Shown here: one piece after another, positions 48,440 to 57,192 of the stretch
Layout: each line of letters opens with the position of its first letter
How positions within the stretch are numbered: position 1 is the stretch's first letter
Assembly: GCA_020429915.1 (NCBI GenBank)
Contig: JAGQKV010000015.1
Coordinates: 65,593-129,592 of the forward strand
Source of the DNA: Candidatus Omnitrophota bacterium
GTDB taxonomy: Bacteria; Omnitrophota; Gorgyraeia; Zapsychrales; Zapsychraceae
Direction of reading: 5' to 3'
DNA length: 64,000 nucleotides
Position numbers and translations under genes: made by a program
Notes under the pieces: model-generated
What the model saw: the letters and a program-made list of their open reading frames with translations, nothing else
Told to the model about the DNA's origin: nothing
Databases searched by the model: none

Positions 48440-49974
48440 AACGATGACTCCGTATCTGTATGCGGCGCTCCGGAACCGCTGCTTTTCCGTCCCTGCCCTT
48501 TGAAGCAGGCCGTCAGAATCACCGCCATCACCGCCAGATTGAACGGCTCGATCACAAACCGGTAGCGGTTACCGGCCAGCCAGGAAAAGAAGTTGCTGAT
48601 AAACGGCACATAAAAAATATGGAACAACATAAAAAACAACAACACCTGCGTGACCCGCGCCTCGGCGCCACGGTACCGGGCCTGCATGAACAACTTTATC
48701 CCTCCGAGGAAGATCATCGCGTAAAAGAGCATCACGCCGATCAAACACAGGCAACTGAGGGCGTCCGTGCGGCGGCGTTCGAATTCGTACCACAGCAGGA
48801 GCTTTTCTGTATACAACGTCCCACCGTTGATATGATTTTCCCAGGCAAAGGGCCAGTTGTAAACGTTTTCATAGGTCTCAAGAAAACGGCGGTTGGGAAA
48901 GGTGACATCAGTCGGGGCCGGGTAAAACATCATGCGGAACATCTGCCGTAAATACATCAGATATGCCTCCGGGTGTTCCCGCAACAAGAAAAGGCTGTCG
49001 GCCAAGACCAGGTCGGTGCTTGCCAGAAAGCGTTGGCTGTGCCAGTTCGGCAGACCGCTGGTCGGCTTTTGGACCTGATCGAGTACGGCGATCCCGGTCG
49101 GACGCAGATCGGCCTTCAACTCGAAGTCGGCTACTCGCCGCCGATATTCCGCCGAGCCATACCCCAACGGCCGCCCGCAGGCGACAAGAGAAATCCTTCC
49201 CGCGCGGCAATACTCGGCTAAGGTTTCCGCCGGGATATATCTCACCGCCATTCCGCCCAGCCCATAAACCATCCACACCCGGCTTGTCGTCAGGCTTCCA
49301 AAAAGGATCAGATTTTTAGCGTAGACCGTTGTGCAAATCACCAAAGGCAGCACACTGACCGACAGCACTTTCTTAAGAGGGACCCGACGGCTGAAGATGA
49401 TCACCAAGGTAATAAACAGGTACCAGAACAGGTGAAAAATGCCTTTGGTCAGGACCAGCACGCCCATCAGAATAAACAACGCGTGTCCGTCGCTGTTGCG
49501 CCCGTCGCTGACAAAGCGGTGCAGGAACACCGCGGCCCACACCAACAGCGGCATGATTAAATAAGTGTAAAACAGCCAGTTCTCAAGCAGGATCACCGTC
49601 GGGTTGACGGTGAAGTATGCCGTCAGCCCGCAGGCCAACCACGGCGGCACCTGAAGCCGGCGCATGAGCGTGTACAGGCCGGTCACCAGAAAGAGTCCGG
49701 CGATCCAGTAGAAGACTTGAAAGGCCGCGCCGAAGTGAACGGGAAAGGCCTTCAGGACCGTCCCCAAAAATAGATTGAACAGCGGTGGCTGGCTGTGCAG
49801 ATAGAAAATACTCTCGAGGAGGTGATGGCGTAAAAGTTGTGGGTCGAGGATTTGAATCCCCTGGTACAGCGGGCGCAGGACCATGCGGATTCCGACGACA
49901 TAGGCGACGGCGCGCGACAACAGGAAGGTCAGAATGACGACCGCAAGCGGCCAAGAGGTGCGTGCGGATTTCAT
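48436..49974 (-). CDS. Polytopic membrane protein (512 aa), possibly GT-C-like. Hypothetical.
   Basis: At least 10 predicted TM helices plus a large soluble loop; no diagnostic motif recognised. Confidence 0.45.
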   Translation of the reverse strand: MKSARTSWPLAVVILTFLLSRAVAYVVGIRMVLRPLYQGIQILDPQLLRHHLLESIFYLHSQPPLFNLFLGTVLKAFPVHFGAAFQVFYWIAGLFLVTGLYTLMRRLQVPPWLACGLTAYFTVNPTVILLENWLFYTYLIMPLLVWAAVFLHRFVSDGRNSDGHALFILMGVLVLTKGIFHLFWYLFITLVIIFSRRVPLKKVLSVSVLPLVICTTVYAKNLILFGSLTTSRVWMVYGLGGMAVRYIPAETLAEYCRAGRISLVACGRPLGYGSAEYRRRVADFELKADLRPTGIAVLDQVQKPTSGLPNWHSQRFLASTDLVLADSLFLLREHPEAYLMYLRQMFRMMFYPAPTDVTFPNRRFLETYENVYNWPFAWENHINGGTLYTEKLLLWYEFERRRTDALSCLCLIGVMLFYAMIFLGGIKLFMQARYRGAEARVTQVLLFFMLFHIFYVPFISNFFSWLAGNRYRFVIEPFNLAVMAVILTACFKGQGRKSSGSGAPHTDTESSL

Positions 49975-50387
49975 GAAAGCGGCGGGCCGACCAATTCGCT
50001 GTCAAATTGTTGAAACAGGGCCGGTACATCACCGCCGTCTTTGATCACCTGCGGCAGCATGGCAAAAAATTCCGTGGATTTCAATGCAGGGATCAGGTCG
50101 AATCGCATGCGGGCTCCGTGCGGACTCACGGCCTTGAAGGTGTGCGCCTGCCCCGGTCGGACAACCACCGTTTCTCCGGGACCGAGCAATCGCTCCTCAC
50201 CTTCCAGATGAAACCGGTATTGCCCTTCAAAGACCTGAAAAATCTCATGCTGGCAGTGATGAATGTGTAGCGGCGGACCGCCGTTGACGTCGGTCTTCTC
50301 TTCGTAGGCGCAAAGCTTCCCGTCTACGCTATCGGGATCGACGATCAAGGTCATTTCGATACCCGGATGTTTTAACGGCGTACTCAT
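49971..50387 (-). CDS. Cupin-domain protein.
   Basis: Cupin motifs PLHIHHCQHEIFQVFEGQ and GETVVVRPGQAHTF. Start at MSTPLK, which has a GAGGAAGG RBS. Confidence 0.6.
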   Translation of the reverse strand: MSTPLKHPGIEMTLIVDPDSVDGKLCAYEEKTDVNGGPPLHIHHCQHEIFQVFEGQYRFHLEGEERLLGPGETVVVRPGQAHTFKAVSPHGARMRFDLIPALKSTEFFAMLPQVIKDGGDVPALFQQFDSELVGPPLS

Positions 50388-50412
50388 GGCCTTCCTCGGG
50401 ATGCATATCGCG

Positions 50413-50961
50413 TCAGTCTTCCGACTTGTCATACGTCAACCGCTTGATCTGCTCGTCGTTGACGTTGAAATCCTTGGCTGAATTGGTATAGATCTGAAAA
50501 TCCTCACTGACCCAGCTGATCTCATTGGTCTCCGGAAAATACCGGATCGCCCACACAAACTCGCCCCGGCGCAGGTAGCCCTGCTCGTCCTCCTTGGATT
50601 CGACCAGCATATACGGCGCCCGGGACTGATTCTCCAGGTACCTGCGCAGGACCGCGCAAAAGTGCACGTCAAATCCCGAGCGATTGGCCGGCGTTTCCTG
50701 TTCCAACTCGTAAACGGCCAGGGCCAGCGCCGGCGGGTAGCTCTGCGCCGAATCCAGTAAGGTTTCCAGATCTTCGCTGACCAGACTGAGCTCAGGTTCC
50801 GGTTCGTCGACTTCAACTTCAAAGATGGCCCACGGGCAGTCCCAATTCGACCAGATGCAGACATAATCTTCCACAAAGTCCGGCAGATCGGGCTCCTTCC
50901 CGCGTCCGTCCTCTCTTTCTTTCCAATTGGCGAAGCAATACACAGTGCTGCTCTCCTCCAT
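50413..50961 (-). CDS. Acidic hypothetical protein, about 182 aa.
   Basis: Start MEESSTVY... has a GGAGGGA RBS. Trp- and acid-rich; no family recognised. Confidence 0.4.
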   Translation of the reverse strand: MEESSTVYCFANWKEREDGRGKEPDLPDFVEDYVCIWSNWDCPWAIFEVEVDEPEPELSLVSEDLETLLDSAQSYPPALALAVYELEQETPANRSGFDVHFCAVLRRYLENQSRAPYMLVESKEDEQGYLRRGEFVWAIRYFPETNEISWVSEDFQIYTNSAKDFNVNDEQIKRLTYDKSED

Positions 50962-51016
50962 TGTATGATCCCTCCGATCCTGCGGCCCCCGGACCGCATC
51001 GGTATACGCTTTGATT

Positions 51017-51379
51017 CTATTCTTCATCACGATGCACGGTGTCCGGCGAAAAAGCGGGCAGGCAGATGGCGACGTATTTGGCGCCCTCCGCCGGGGTACT
51101 GTATTGCACCCACTCGCCTTTGCTGACGATGACGGCCTGACCGGCCCGCACATCAATGGTCCCGTCCTCGGTTTTTACGGTCAGCGTCCCCTCCAAGACC
51201 AGCGTGTACTCGTCGAACTCGGGAGTTTGCCCGGGTTCGACCCAGCCCTGCGGACTGTCCATCCGGGCAATGCTGACATCCGGCGTGGCGCTATTGACGC
51301 GTCCGATATATTCCTGAATGACCTTGGGTTTGTTGCCGGCGGCTTCGATGCGCGTCGGCACGGCAATCAGTTTGGCCAT
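51017..51379 (-). CDS. Cupin-domain protein.
   Basis: AAGGAG RBS; 120 aa with a cupin beta-barrel pattern (YTLVLEGTLTVKTEDGTIDVRAGQAVIVSKGEWVQY). Confidence 0.6.
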   Translation of the reverse strand: MAKLIAVPTRIEAAGNKPKVIQEYIGRVNSATPDVSIARMDSPQGWVEPGQTPEFDEYTLVLEGTLTVKTEDGTIDVRAGQAVIVSKGEWVQYSTPAEGAKYVAICLPAFSPDTVHRDEE

Positions 51380-51388
51380 ACAATCTCC

Positions 51389-52153
51389 TTATGCTTGTTC
51401 CAGCTCCTGCAATACTTCCATCTTTTTGGCCTCGGCGCACTGTTTGGCGTGGGCCTTGTCACCGGCTGTTCCCTTGCGCCGGTTGACCAGACATTCCGAT
51501 CCGTCACAACGTCCGTAAACCGTCAAGTCGTCTCCGGGCAGGATGACCGTGTCCCCGTTGGGAACGATAAATTTTTCTTCACCGCCGTCCATACGGTGGA
51601 TAGATAAAACCAGTGTCCCTTCCTTATTCAGTCCGAGTTCCTTGAGGGTCCGTCCGGCCGCCCAATTATCCGTCTTGATCGTCATCCGCGATACGGAATA
51701 TCCCTGGGCGATGCCGAGGATTTCGTAGTAATCATGCAGTTGTAGATTCTTGTTGAGACTTAACGCCTTGATGATGGCCTTCTTCATCAGAACAGCCAGC
51801 CACTGCGATCGGGCCAATATGTAGATCAGGACCAATCCAGTCAATAATAGCCCGCTGCGCCCCCATAAATTTCCGTTGGAAGAATTGGTAAACGTGAGGA
51901 TCACCGTGGCGATGACGGAGGTTATCCCGACGCTGCCCAGCAGGATGAGCATGCGGATAATCCGCCGCCGGACGGGATGGTTGACGAGGCCTTCCGACTC
52001 GGCGGTCGTGAACCCGGCCCCGGAAAAAGCGGACTGGGCCTGAAAAGAGGCAACCTCCGGGGAAACCCCGGTCAATTCCAGCGCGGTGGCGCCGATCCTG
52101 ACCACAGTAATGGACAGAATGAGAATAATGAACAAACTGATCAGCGCTATCAC
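51389..52153 (-). CDS. Two-TM membrane protein with a TrkA-C (RCK_C)-like domain.
   Basis: Two N-terminal TM helices, then a C-terminal region with a TrkA-C-like pattern (GRTLKELGL....LVLSIHR.....VPNGDTVILPGDDLTVYG). Confidence 0.5.
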   Translation of the reverse strand: MIALISLFIILILSITVVRIGATALELTGVSPEVASFQAQSAFSGAGFTTAESEGLVNHPVRRRIIRMLILLGSVGITSVIATVILTFTNSSNGNLWGRSGLLLTGLVLIYILARSQWLAVLMKKAIIKALSLNKNLQLHDYYEILGIAQGYSVSRMTIKTDNWAAGRTLKELGLNKEGTLVLSIHRMDGGEEKFIVPNGDTVILPGDDLTVYGRCDGSECLVNRRKGTAGDKAHAKQCAEAKKMEVLQELEQA

Positions 52154-52169
52154 GGGCCCACCTCAAAAA

Positions 52170-52655
52170 TTACTCTTCATCCCCGCTGCCGCGACCGTAG
52201 GGGCCGCGGAAAATCTCCTGGGTGCCGCGCAACTTCTCCCGTTGCGCCTTGCTGAGGATTTCCTTCAGACTGGCGTACGCCGCAGCCTGACCCTCGGTCC
52301 GTTTCCGTTCCACCTCGAACTTCTCGGCAAGGAGTTTACGGACCTGCTTCATATCCACCTGATCTTTGGACAACTCCGCACGGAGGTCTATATCGATCAC
52401 CTCGACGCGGGCGTCCTGCAAGACCATCTCCTTTTCCAGGTGACGGCTTAACTCGTCGATCTTTTCCGACTGCCGGTCATTCAAGCCGAGGACCTCCGCA
52501 TAACGTATAATACGGCGGCGCTCCTGATTGAACCGGTCCACAATGTAGTCCGGCCCCAGGGTGCCGGGAAGTTGACCATGAGCAGACGGGACATGCGCGA
52601 GCAATAGCAAAGGGCAGATCGTACAGAGGATGAGAACGATCGGATTGAGTTTCAT
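52170..52655 (-). CDS. Periplasmic Spy/CpxP-family (LTxxQ) protein.
   Basis: Signal peptide MKLNPIVLILCTICPLLLLA with an AAGGAG RBS. Helical, with LNDRQSEKIDEL / LSKAQREKL motifs. Confidence 0.55.
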   Translation of the reverse strand: MKLNPIVLILCTICPLLLLAHVPSAHGQLPGTLGPDYIVDRFNQERRRIIRYAEVLGLNDRQSEKIDELSRHLEKEMVLQDARVEVIDIDLRAELSKDQVDMKQVRKLLAEKFEVERKRTEGQAAAYASLKEILSKAQREKLRGTQEIFRGPYGRGSGDEE

Positions 52656-52907
52656 CTGCGCTCCTTTGTTTTGATTTGATCCGCCTCCGCCGGTCCTTTC
52701 TCCCGCACAGTTATGCATCGGAAATGGCGGATCGACCCGGCAAAGCCGATACGCGACCGCATGGGACGTAGACCGGTTTTGCCGCGGCGGATTTCGATCA
52801 GCACGAACAGGCATGAACGAAGGCGTGATCATGTTTCCCTAATTAATTTGCCTCCATTTTAATACAGATCCGGAAATTCGTCCGGAAATTTTTTGAACCC
52901 CGGGGGT

Positions 52908-54416
52908 TTAGCCGAAGAGATTTATCTGCTGTTCGGCCTTTCGGCGCTTGGGCGGTGGGGGGTCCTCCAGGGATTTGAGGTGATCCGCAATATCATTCAG
53001 GTAGCGGGACGGCTCACAACGGTAGGATTGGCCGAAAATCGAGCGTTTGCGCGCTCCCAACAGATACAGCTGCCGTTTGGCCCGTGTCATGCCCACATAG
53101 AATAACCGGCGTTCCTCCTGCGGATCCGCCGGCAGGCCCTCCAACCGCAACGGCAGCAAACGCTCCTCACAGCCGACCATAAAAACCACCGGAAATTCCA
53201 ACCCCTTGGACGCGTGCAGCGTCAGCAGGGATATCTTTTCAGCGGCCGGCGCGATGTTCGCGGGAGCGGCCGGACACAATTCGTCCTCCTCGTCCCCCGT
53301 GGCCGGCTGGGCCGCGTGACAGGGAAACCCCATCCGGTCCAGGGCCTTACGCAGTGCATGCTGCTGGCTGTTGAGACGGAACAACACCGCGATATCGCCG
53401 AAGGAAACCTGCTGGTCCTCATGGGAGGCTACCCGGCCGGAATCCTGTGAAAACATCGAGGCGCCGCCGATTAATTTCTCAATCTGGTGTGCCACATACT
53501 CAGCCTCGGCCGCGGCGGTCGGCAGGGTGTGGATGAGCAACCGTCCCTCCTGATAAATCCTGGCGGTCAACGGCGGCACCCCGAAGCGGTTGAACTTCTC
53601 GATCACCTGCGTGCTGGCACTTAACAATTCGGCACTGCTGCGGTAGTTCTCAGCCAGATTCAAACAGCCGGCGCCGGGAAAGTCCTCGGCAAAGCGTTCG
53701 AAATACGCCACATCCGCGCCCCGGAAACTGTAAATCCCCTGATTGGGATCCCCGATCGCCGTGATGCCGTTGGCATCCGTCACCAAGGCGACCAACAAGG
53801 CGTGCTGCAGGGGGTTGATATCCTGGTACTCGTCGACAAAGATATGCGCGTAACGCCGTTGATACCCGGCCAGGACCTCGGGCTGCTCCTGCCATAACCG
53901 CCACACGCGCCACAACAGATCATCATAGTCCAGCAATCCCGCCCCGGACAAAACGGCATCATATTCGCGGACATCGGTCCCGGGCTCCTCGCCGATGGCC
54001 TCGCAGGCCTTCCAGCGCGATATCTCCGACAAGCGCGCGTTGAGTTTGCTTTGCGTCAACTCCGGCCAACGTGCCGCCAGCAGCGGACGGATTTCCTCCG
54101 GAGCGGCCACCCGGAAGTCCTTCGACAGTCCGGCCCGCGCGCAGTGGTCCCGCAAAACTTGCAGACAAAACCGGTGAAAGGTCCCGGCGGTGAGGTTCTC
54201 CCCGGACACGTTCAGGGACGCCAGGCGTTCCTGTAGTTCTCCGGCCGCTTTGTTGGTGAACGTGATGGCCAGAACCGCTTTGTCCCCGGATAAACCGGAG
54301 GCCAGCCGCGCGATGCGGTGTGTCAGGGTATGCGTCTTGCCGGTCCCCGGACCGGCGATGATCAGTAGGTGACGGCCGTCAAAGTCCACGGCCTGTTGTT
54401 GGGATGGATTTAACAT
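52908..54416 (-). CDS. UvrD/PcrA/Rep-family ATP-dependent DNA helicase, compact at ~503 aa.
   Basis: Start MLNPSQQQAVDF...LLIIAGPGTGKTHTL (motifs I/Ia); FVDEYQDINPLQ (motif II); LAENYRSS; FPVVFM...YVGMTRAKRQL (motif VI). The ATG lies 5 nt after the stop of the PHP-nuclease gene. Confidence 0.8.
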   Translation of the reverse strand: MLNPSQQQAVDFDGRHLLIIAGPGTGKTHTLTHRIARLASGLSGDKAVLAITFTNKAAGELQERLASLNVSGENLTAGTFHRFCLQVLRDHCARAGLSKDFRVAAPEEIRPLLAARWPELTQSKLNARLSEISRWKACEAIGEEPGTDVREYDAVLSGAGLLDYDDLLWRVWRLWQEQPEVLAGYQRRYAHIFVDEYQDINPLQHALLVALVTDANGITAIGDPNQGIYSFRGADVAYFERFAEDFPGAGCLNLAENYRSSAELLSASTQVIEKFNRFGVPPLTARIYQEGRLLIHTLPTAAAEAEYVAHQIEKLIGGASMFSQDSGRVASHEDQQVSFGDIAVLFRLNSQQHALRKALDRMGFPCHAAQPATGDEEDELCPAAPANIAPAAEKISLLTLHASKGLEFPVVFMVGCEERLLPLRLEGLPADPQEERRLFYVGMTRAKRQLYLLGARKRSIFGQSYRCEPSRYLNDIADHLKSLEDPPPPKRRKAEQQINLFG

Positions 54417-54421
54417 GATGA

Positions 54422-55717
54422 CTAAAACAACGTTAGCTGCTCGGCGGCGAGGATGCTCTGCTTCTCTTCGGGCGAAAAGATCTTGATGGTGCCGAATTCC
54501 CCGTCGTATCCCGAGGCGATATGGATATCCCCGGCGCGCATTCGGCGGATGGCCTCGGCCAACAGGGCCCCGCCCGCCTTCTGCACACGCTCGAGCGGAC
54601 AATCCAGCAGAATAAACAATTCATTGCCGACCTCGGCCAGCAGTTTGCGGTAGATATTCTGGACCCGCTTGCTGTTCGGTCCGACACCCTGGGTCTCGGC
54701 GATGATCTCGGCCAACGGAACGAGACTGTGATAAGGACGCCAGTTGGGAGACTTGCGCCCCTCCGGGTGATCGGCCAGCTCTTCGACGCGGGCCAAAACA
54801 CCGACGGTGACCGGTTTGCCGCACACCGGACACAGTCCGTTGTGTGCCGTGGTCTCTCGCGGGTGCAGTCGAGTCCGACAATTGCGGTGTCCGTCGTAAT
54901 GGTACTTCCCCTCATCCGGAAAAAATTCAACCGTCCCCTTAAGCCCGGGATCCGTGGTGTGATCCTTAAGCGCCCGATAGATCGCCGGATAGGAAAGTTC
55001 GGTATCATAGACCGTGGCCTCGCGGCCGAGCTTCGACGGAGAATGGGCGTCGCCGTTAGACACCAAAACATAAGGGTCGAGCTGGGATAAGCGCCAGTTC
55101 ATGGGCGGGTCCGAGGATAATCCGGTCTCGCAGGCGAAGACATGCGGGGTTAAGTCTCCGAAGCAATCTTCCATGCGGTCAAAACCGCCCTTGGAACCGA
55201 GCGCCGAAAACCACGGCGTCCAGATATGCGCGGGAATAAGATAACTGAGCGGATCCGATTCCAGCACGATCTCCAGCAGGTCCCGGGAATCGAGCCCGAG
55301 GATCGGCCGGCCGTCCGAACGGATATTGCCGATCGCTCCCAGCCGGTCGCGGATCCTGGCGGCGGCTTCAAAACTGGGCGCGAACACGCAGTTGTGGACC
55401 TTGCGGACCTTATCCAGCCGTTTGTAGATGTTGGAAATCTCCACGGTCAGCATAAAACGGATATCCATGGCGCAGGCCGGCGGGAGTTCGTCACACGTGG
55501 CGTCGCGAAATTCCTTTTTCAACCGGAACAAACCCGGCTCGGCGGGTTCGAGTTTGGTCTCTAATTCGGTGAACCAGGCCGGATGCGTGAAGTCACCGGT
55601 ACCGATGACCTGGATACCCTTGAACTGGCCCCAGAGATTCAGATATTCGAGATTGAGATTCTTGGATGTGGCGCGGGAATAATAGGAATGCAGATGCACG
55701 TCGGCATAAAACTTCAT
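54422..55717 (-). CDS. PHP-domain nuclease-like protein with a C-terminal CxxC zinc ribbon; endonuclease Q-like.
   Basis: N-terminal MKFYADVHLHSYYSRATS ... VIGTGDFTHPAW is the PHP motif. C-terminal CPVCGKPVTVGV is a zinc ribbon. 431 aa, comparable to archaeal EndoQ. Confidence 0.5.
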   Translation of the reverse strand: MKFYADVHLHSYYSRATSKNLNLEYLNLWGQFKGIQVIGTGDFTHPAWFTELETKLEPAEPGLFRLKKEFRDATCDELPPACAMDIRFMLTVEISNIYKRLDKVRKVHNCVFAPSFEAAARIRDRLGAIGNIRSDGRPILGLDSRDLLEIVLESDPLSYLIPAHIWTPWFSALGSKGGFDRMEDCFGDLTPHVFACETGLSSDPPMNWRLSQLDPYVLVSNGDAHSPSKLGREATVYDTELSYPAIYRALKDHTTDPGLKGTVEFFPDEGKYHYDGHRNCRTRLHPRETTAHNGLCPVCGKPVTVGVLARVEELADHPEGRKSPNWRPYHSLVPLAEIIAETQGVGPNSKRVQNIYRKLLAEVGNELFILLDCPLERVQKAGGALLAEAIRRMRAGDIHIASGYDGEFGTIKIFSPEEKQSILAAEQLTLF

Positions 55718-55770
55718 GCAAAAATCTTAGCAAATCATCAGTCGCATTTCAAACAATTAAAGCTATGCGG

Positions 55771-56259
55771 TTACTTCCGATAGCGCTGGCGGGACTCTTC
55801 GATGATATCGTAGGCGGCCTGCTTGGCGGCCCAACCTTCAACACTCGTTTTTTTGTCTTCAAGGTCCTTGTAGACATTGAAGAAATGCTCGATTTCCTTG
55901 AGCAAATGCGGCGGGACTTCGTCGAGGCTGGTGATGTGATTCCACAACGGATCGCTGATCGGGATGCAGAGGATTTTTTCATCCGGACCTTTTTCATCCG
56001 TCATCTTGAACAGTCCGATCGGGCGGGCTTCGATTTGACAGCCGGGAAAGGTCGGTTCGGTCACCAGGACCAACGCATCGAGCGGATCACCGTCGAGCGC
56101 CAGCGTATCCGGGATAAAGCCGTAGTCAGAAGGATAATGCACGGCAGAAAACAGCATCCGGTCAAACTTGATGACATTGCGTTTCGCGTCGAATTCATAT
56201 TTATTACGGCTGCCCTTGGGGATCTCAACCGTCACCCAAATTGTCGGTTCATGTGACAT
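55771..56259 (-). CDS. ppa: Inorganic pyrophosphatase (family I).
   Basis: Full-length match to the soluble PPase family (EIPKGSRNKYE...DGDPLDALV); 162 aa. Confidence 0.9.
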   Translation of the reverse strand: MSHEPTIWVTVEIPKGSRNKYEFDAKRNVIKFDRMLFSAVHYPSDYGFIPDTLALDGDPLDALVLVTEPTFPGCQIEARPIGLFKMTDEKGPDEKILCIPISDPLWNHITSLDEVPPHLLKEIEHFFNVYKDLEDKKTSVEGWAAKQAAYDIIEESRQRYRK

Positions 56260-56316
56260 GGTGGTAATCTTTCGTTGGGTTGGTTAGCGGGAATGGTCCA
56301 TTCTCAAAACAGGGGC

Positions 56317-56345
56317 ATTATAGGGCAGGCCGGTGAGAGCGTCAA
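56317..56345 (-). promoter_or_regulatory. Sigma70 promoter of ppa.
   Basis: Reverse strand reads TTGACG, a 17-nt spacer, then a perfect TATAAT about 60 nt upstream of the ppa ATG. Confidence 0.55.
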
Positions 56346-56595
56346 ACAGAAAACCCGATTAGTCCCAAATAGAAAGGGGATCAGCCTTCGGTGGAAAAAG
56401 GCCGACCCCCCCTCTATCAAGTGTGCTGTGAGTCCAACGCTGTGTCTGCAAACTTGAGCCTGATGCCGGGTGGATGATGACACCCGACGCTCATTGAGTG
56501 CTTATGAATGTAGTATGTAGGAGGATTCCAAATCGTCAAGATGACATAATAGGTAGGACTGGGACAGTGCGGGACACAGGCAAATACATACTAAG

Positions 56596-56648
56596 CGGTT
56601 GGCGCAGGGAGGTTTACGCACAGAACAAGAACCTCCCTCTGCCAACCG
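56596..56648 (-). terminator. Long imperfect hairpin immediately downstream of the DUF2934 gene stop; candidate terminator.
   Basis: GGTTGGCGCAGGGAGGTT-[15 nt]-AACCTCCCTCTGCCAACC: an 18-bp stem with one mismatch pair. No strong U-tract. Confidence 0.4.
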
Positions 56649-56674
56649 CTGATGAAAAATCGGCTCGTCAGTTC

Positions 56675-57157
56675 CTACGATTCCAAGCGGACGAGCTGCT
56701 CGGCCACATACCAGTCGTATTCTTCGGTACCGTGGACGAAGCCCTTGCGGGCAAAAAGTTCATAGGCCTTTTGCTCGATTCGACGGCGGATCTTTTCGTC
56801 GTTGGGATCGAATTTGGAAGCCTTCTTGGTCTTGAGACTGTCGCGTTTGGCCTCGAGCTGAATGATCTCGCCGGCCAACTCCCAGTCATACTGGTCCAGG
56901 CCTTGGCCCTGAATCCGACGTTGGGATAGTTCGAATGCCTTTTCGGCAATTTTCTGATCCAGACTGTCCGCGGTCTTCTTCGCGCGGGTCGTGGTCGTCT
57001 TCTTCGCAGCGACCGTCGTCTTGGCCACAGCGGCCTTGGGCTTGGCAGCTGTCGCGGGTTTCTTGGTGGCCTTACTCTTTTTGGCCGGTTCTTTGGCGGC
57101 CAGCAGAGACTTGGCCCGTCTCAATCTGGGTTTGGAACCGCTGTCCTTTTGTGTCAT
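56675..57157 (-). CDS. Histone H1-like Lys/Ala-rich protein with two DUF2934 repeats.
   Basis: The N-terminal ~60 aa are KKxA/KPKAAxAK-rich. They are followed by AEKAFELSQRRIQGQGLDQYDWELAGEII and EQKAYELFARKGFVHGTEEYDWYVAEQLV (DUF2934-like pattern A.E.W...G....D.). Confidence 0.6.
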   Translation of the reverse strand: MTQKDSGSKPRLRRAKSLLAAKEPAKKSKATKKPATAAKPKAAVAKTTVAAKKTTTTRAKKTADSLDQKIAEKAFELSQRRIQGQGLDQYDWELAGEIIQLEAKRDSLKTKKASKFDPNDEKIRRRIEQKAYELFARKGFVHGTEEYDWYVAEQLVRLES

Positions 57158-57192
57158 TGGAATACTCCTTTAATTGATTGTGCCGTAAAGAT

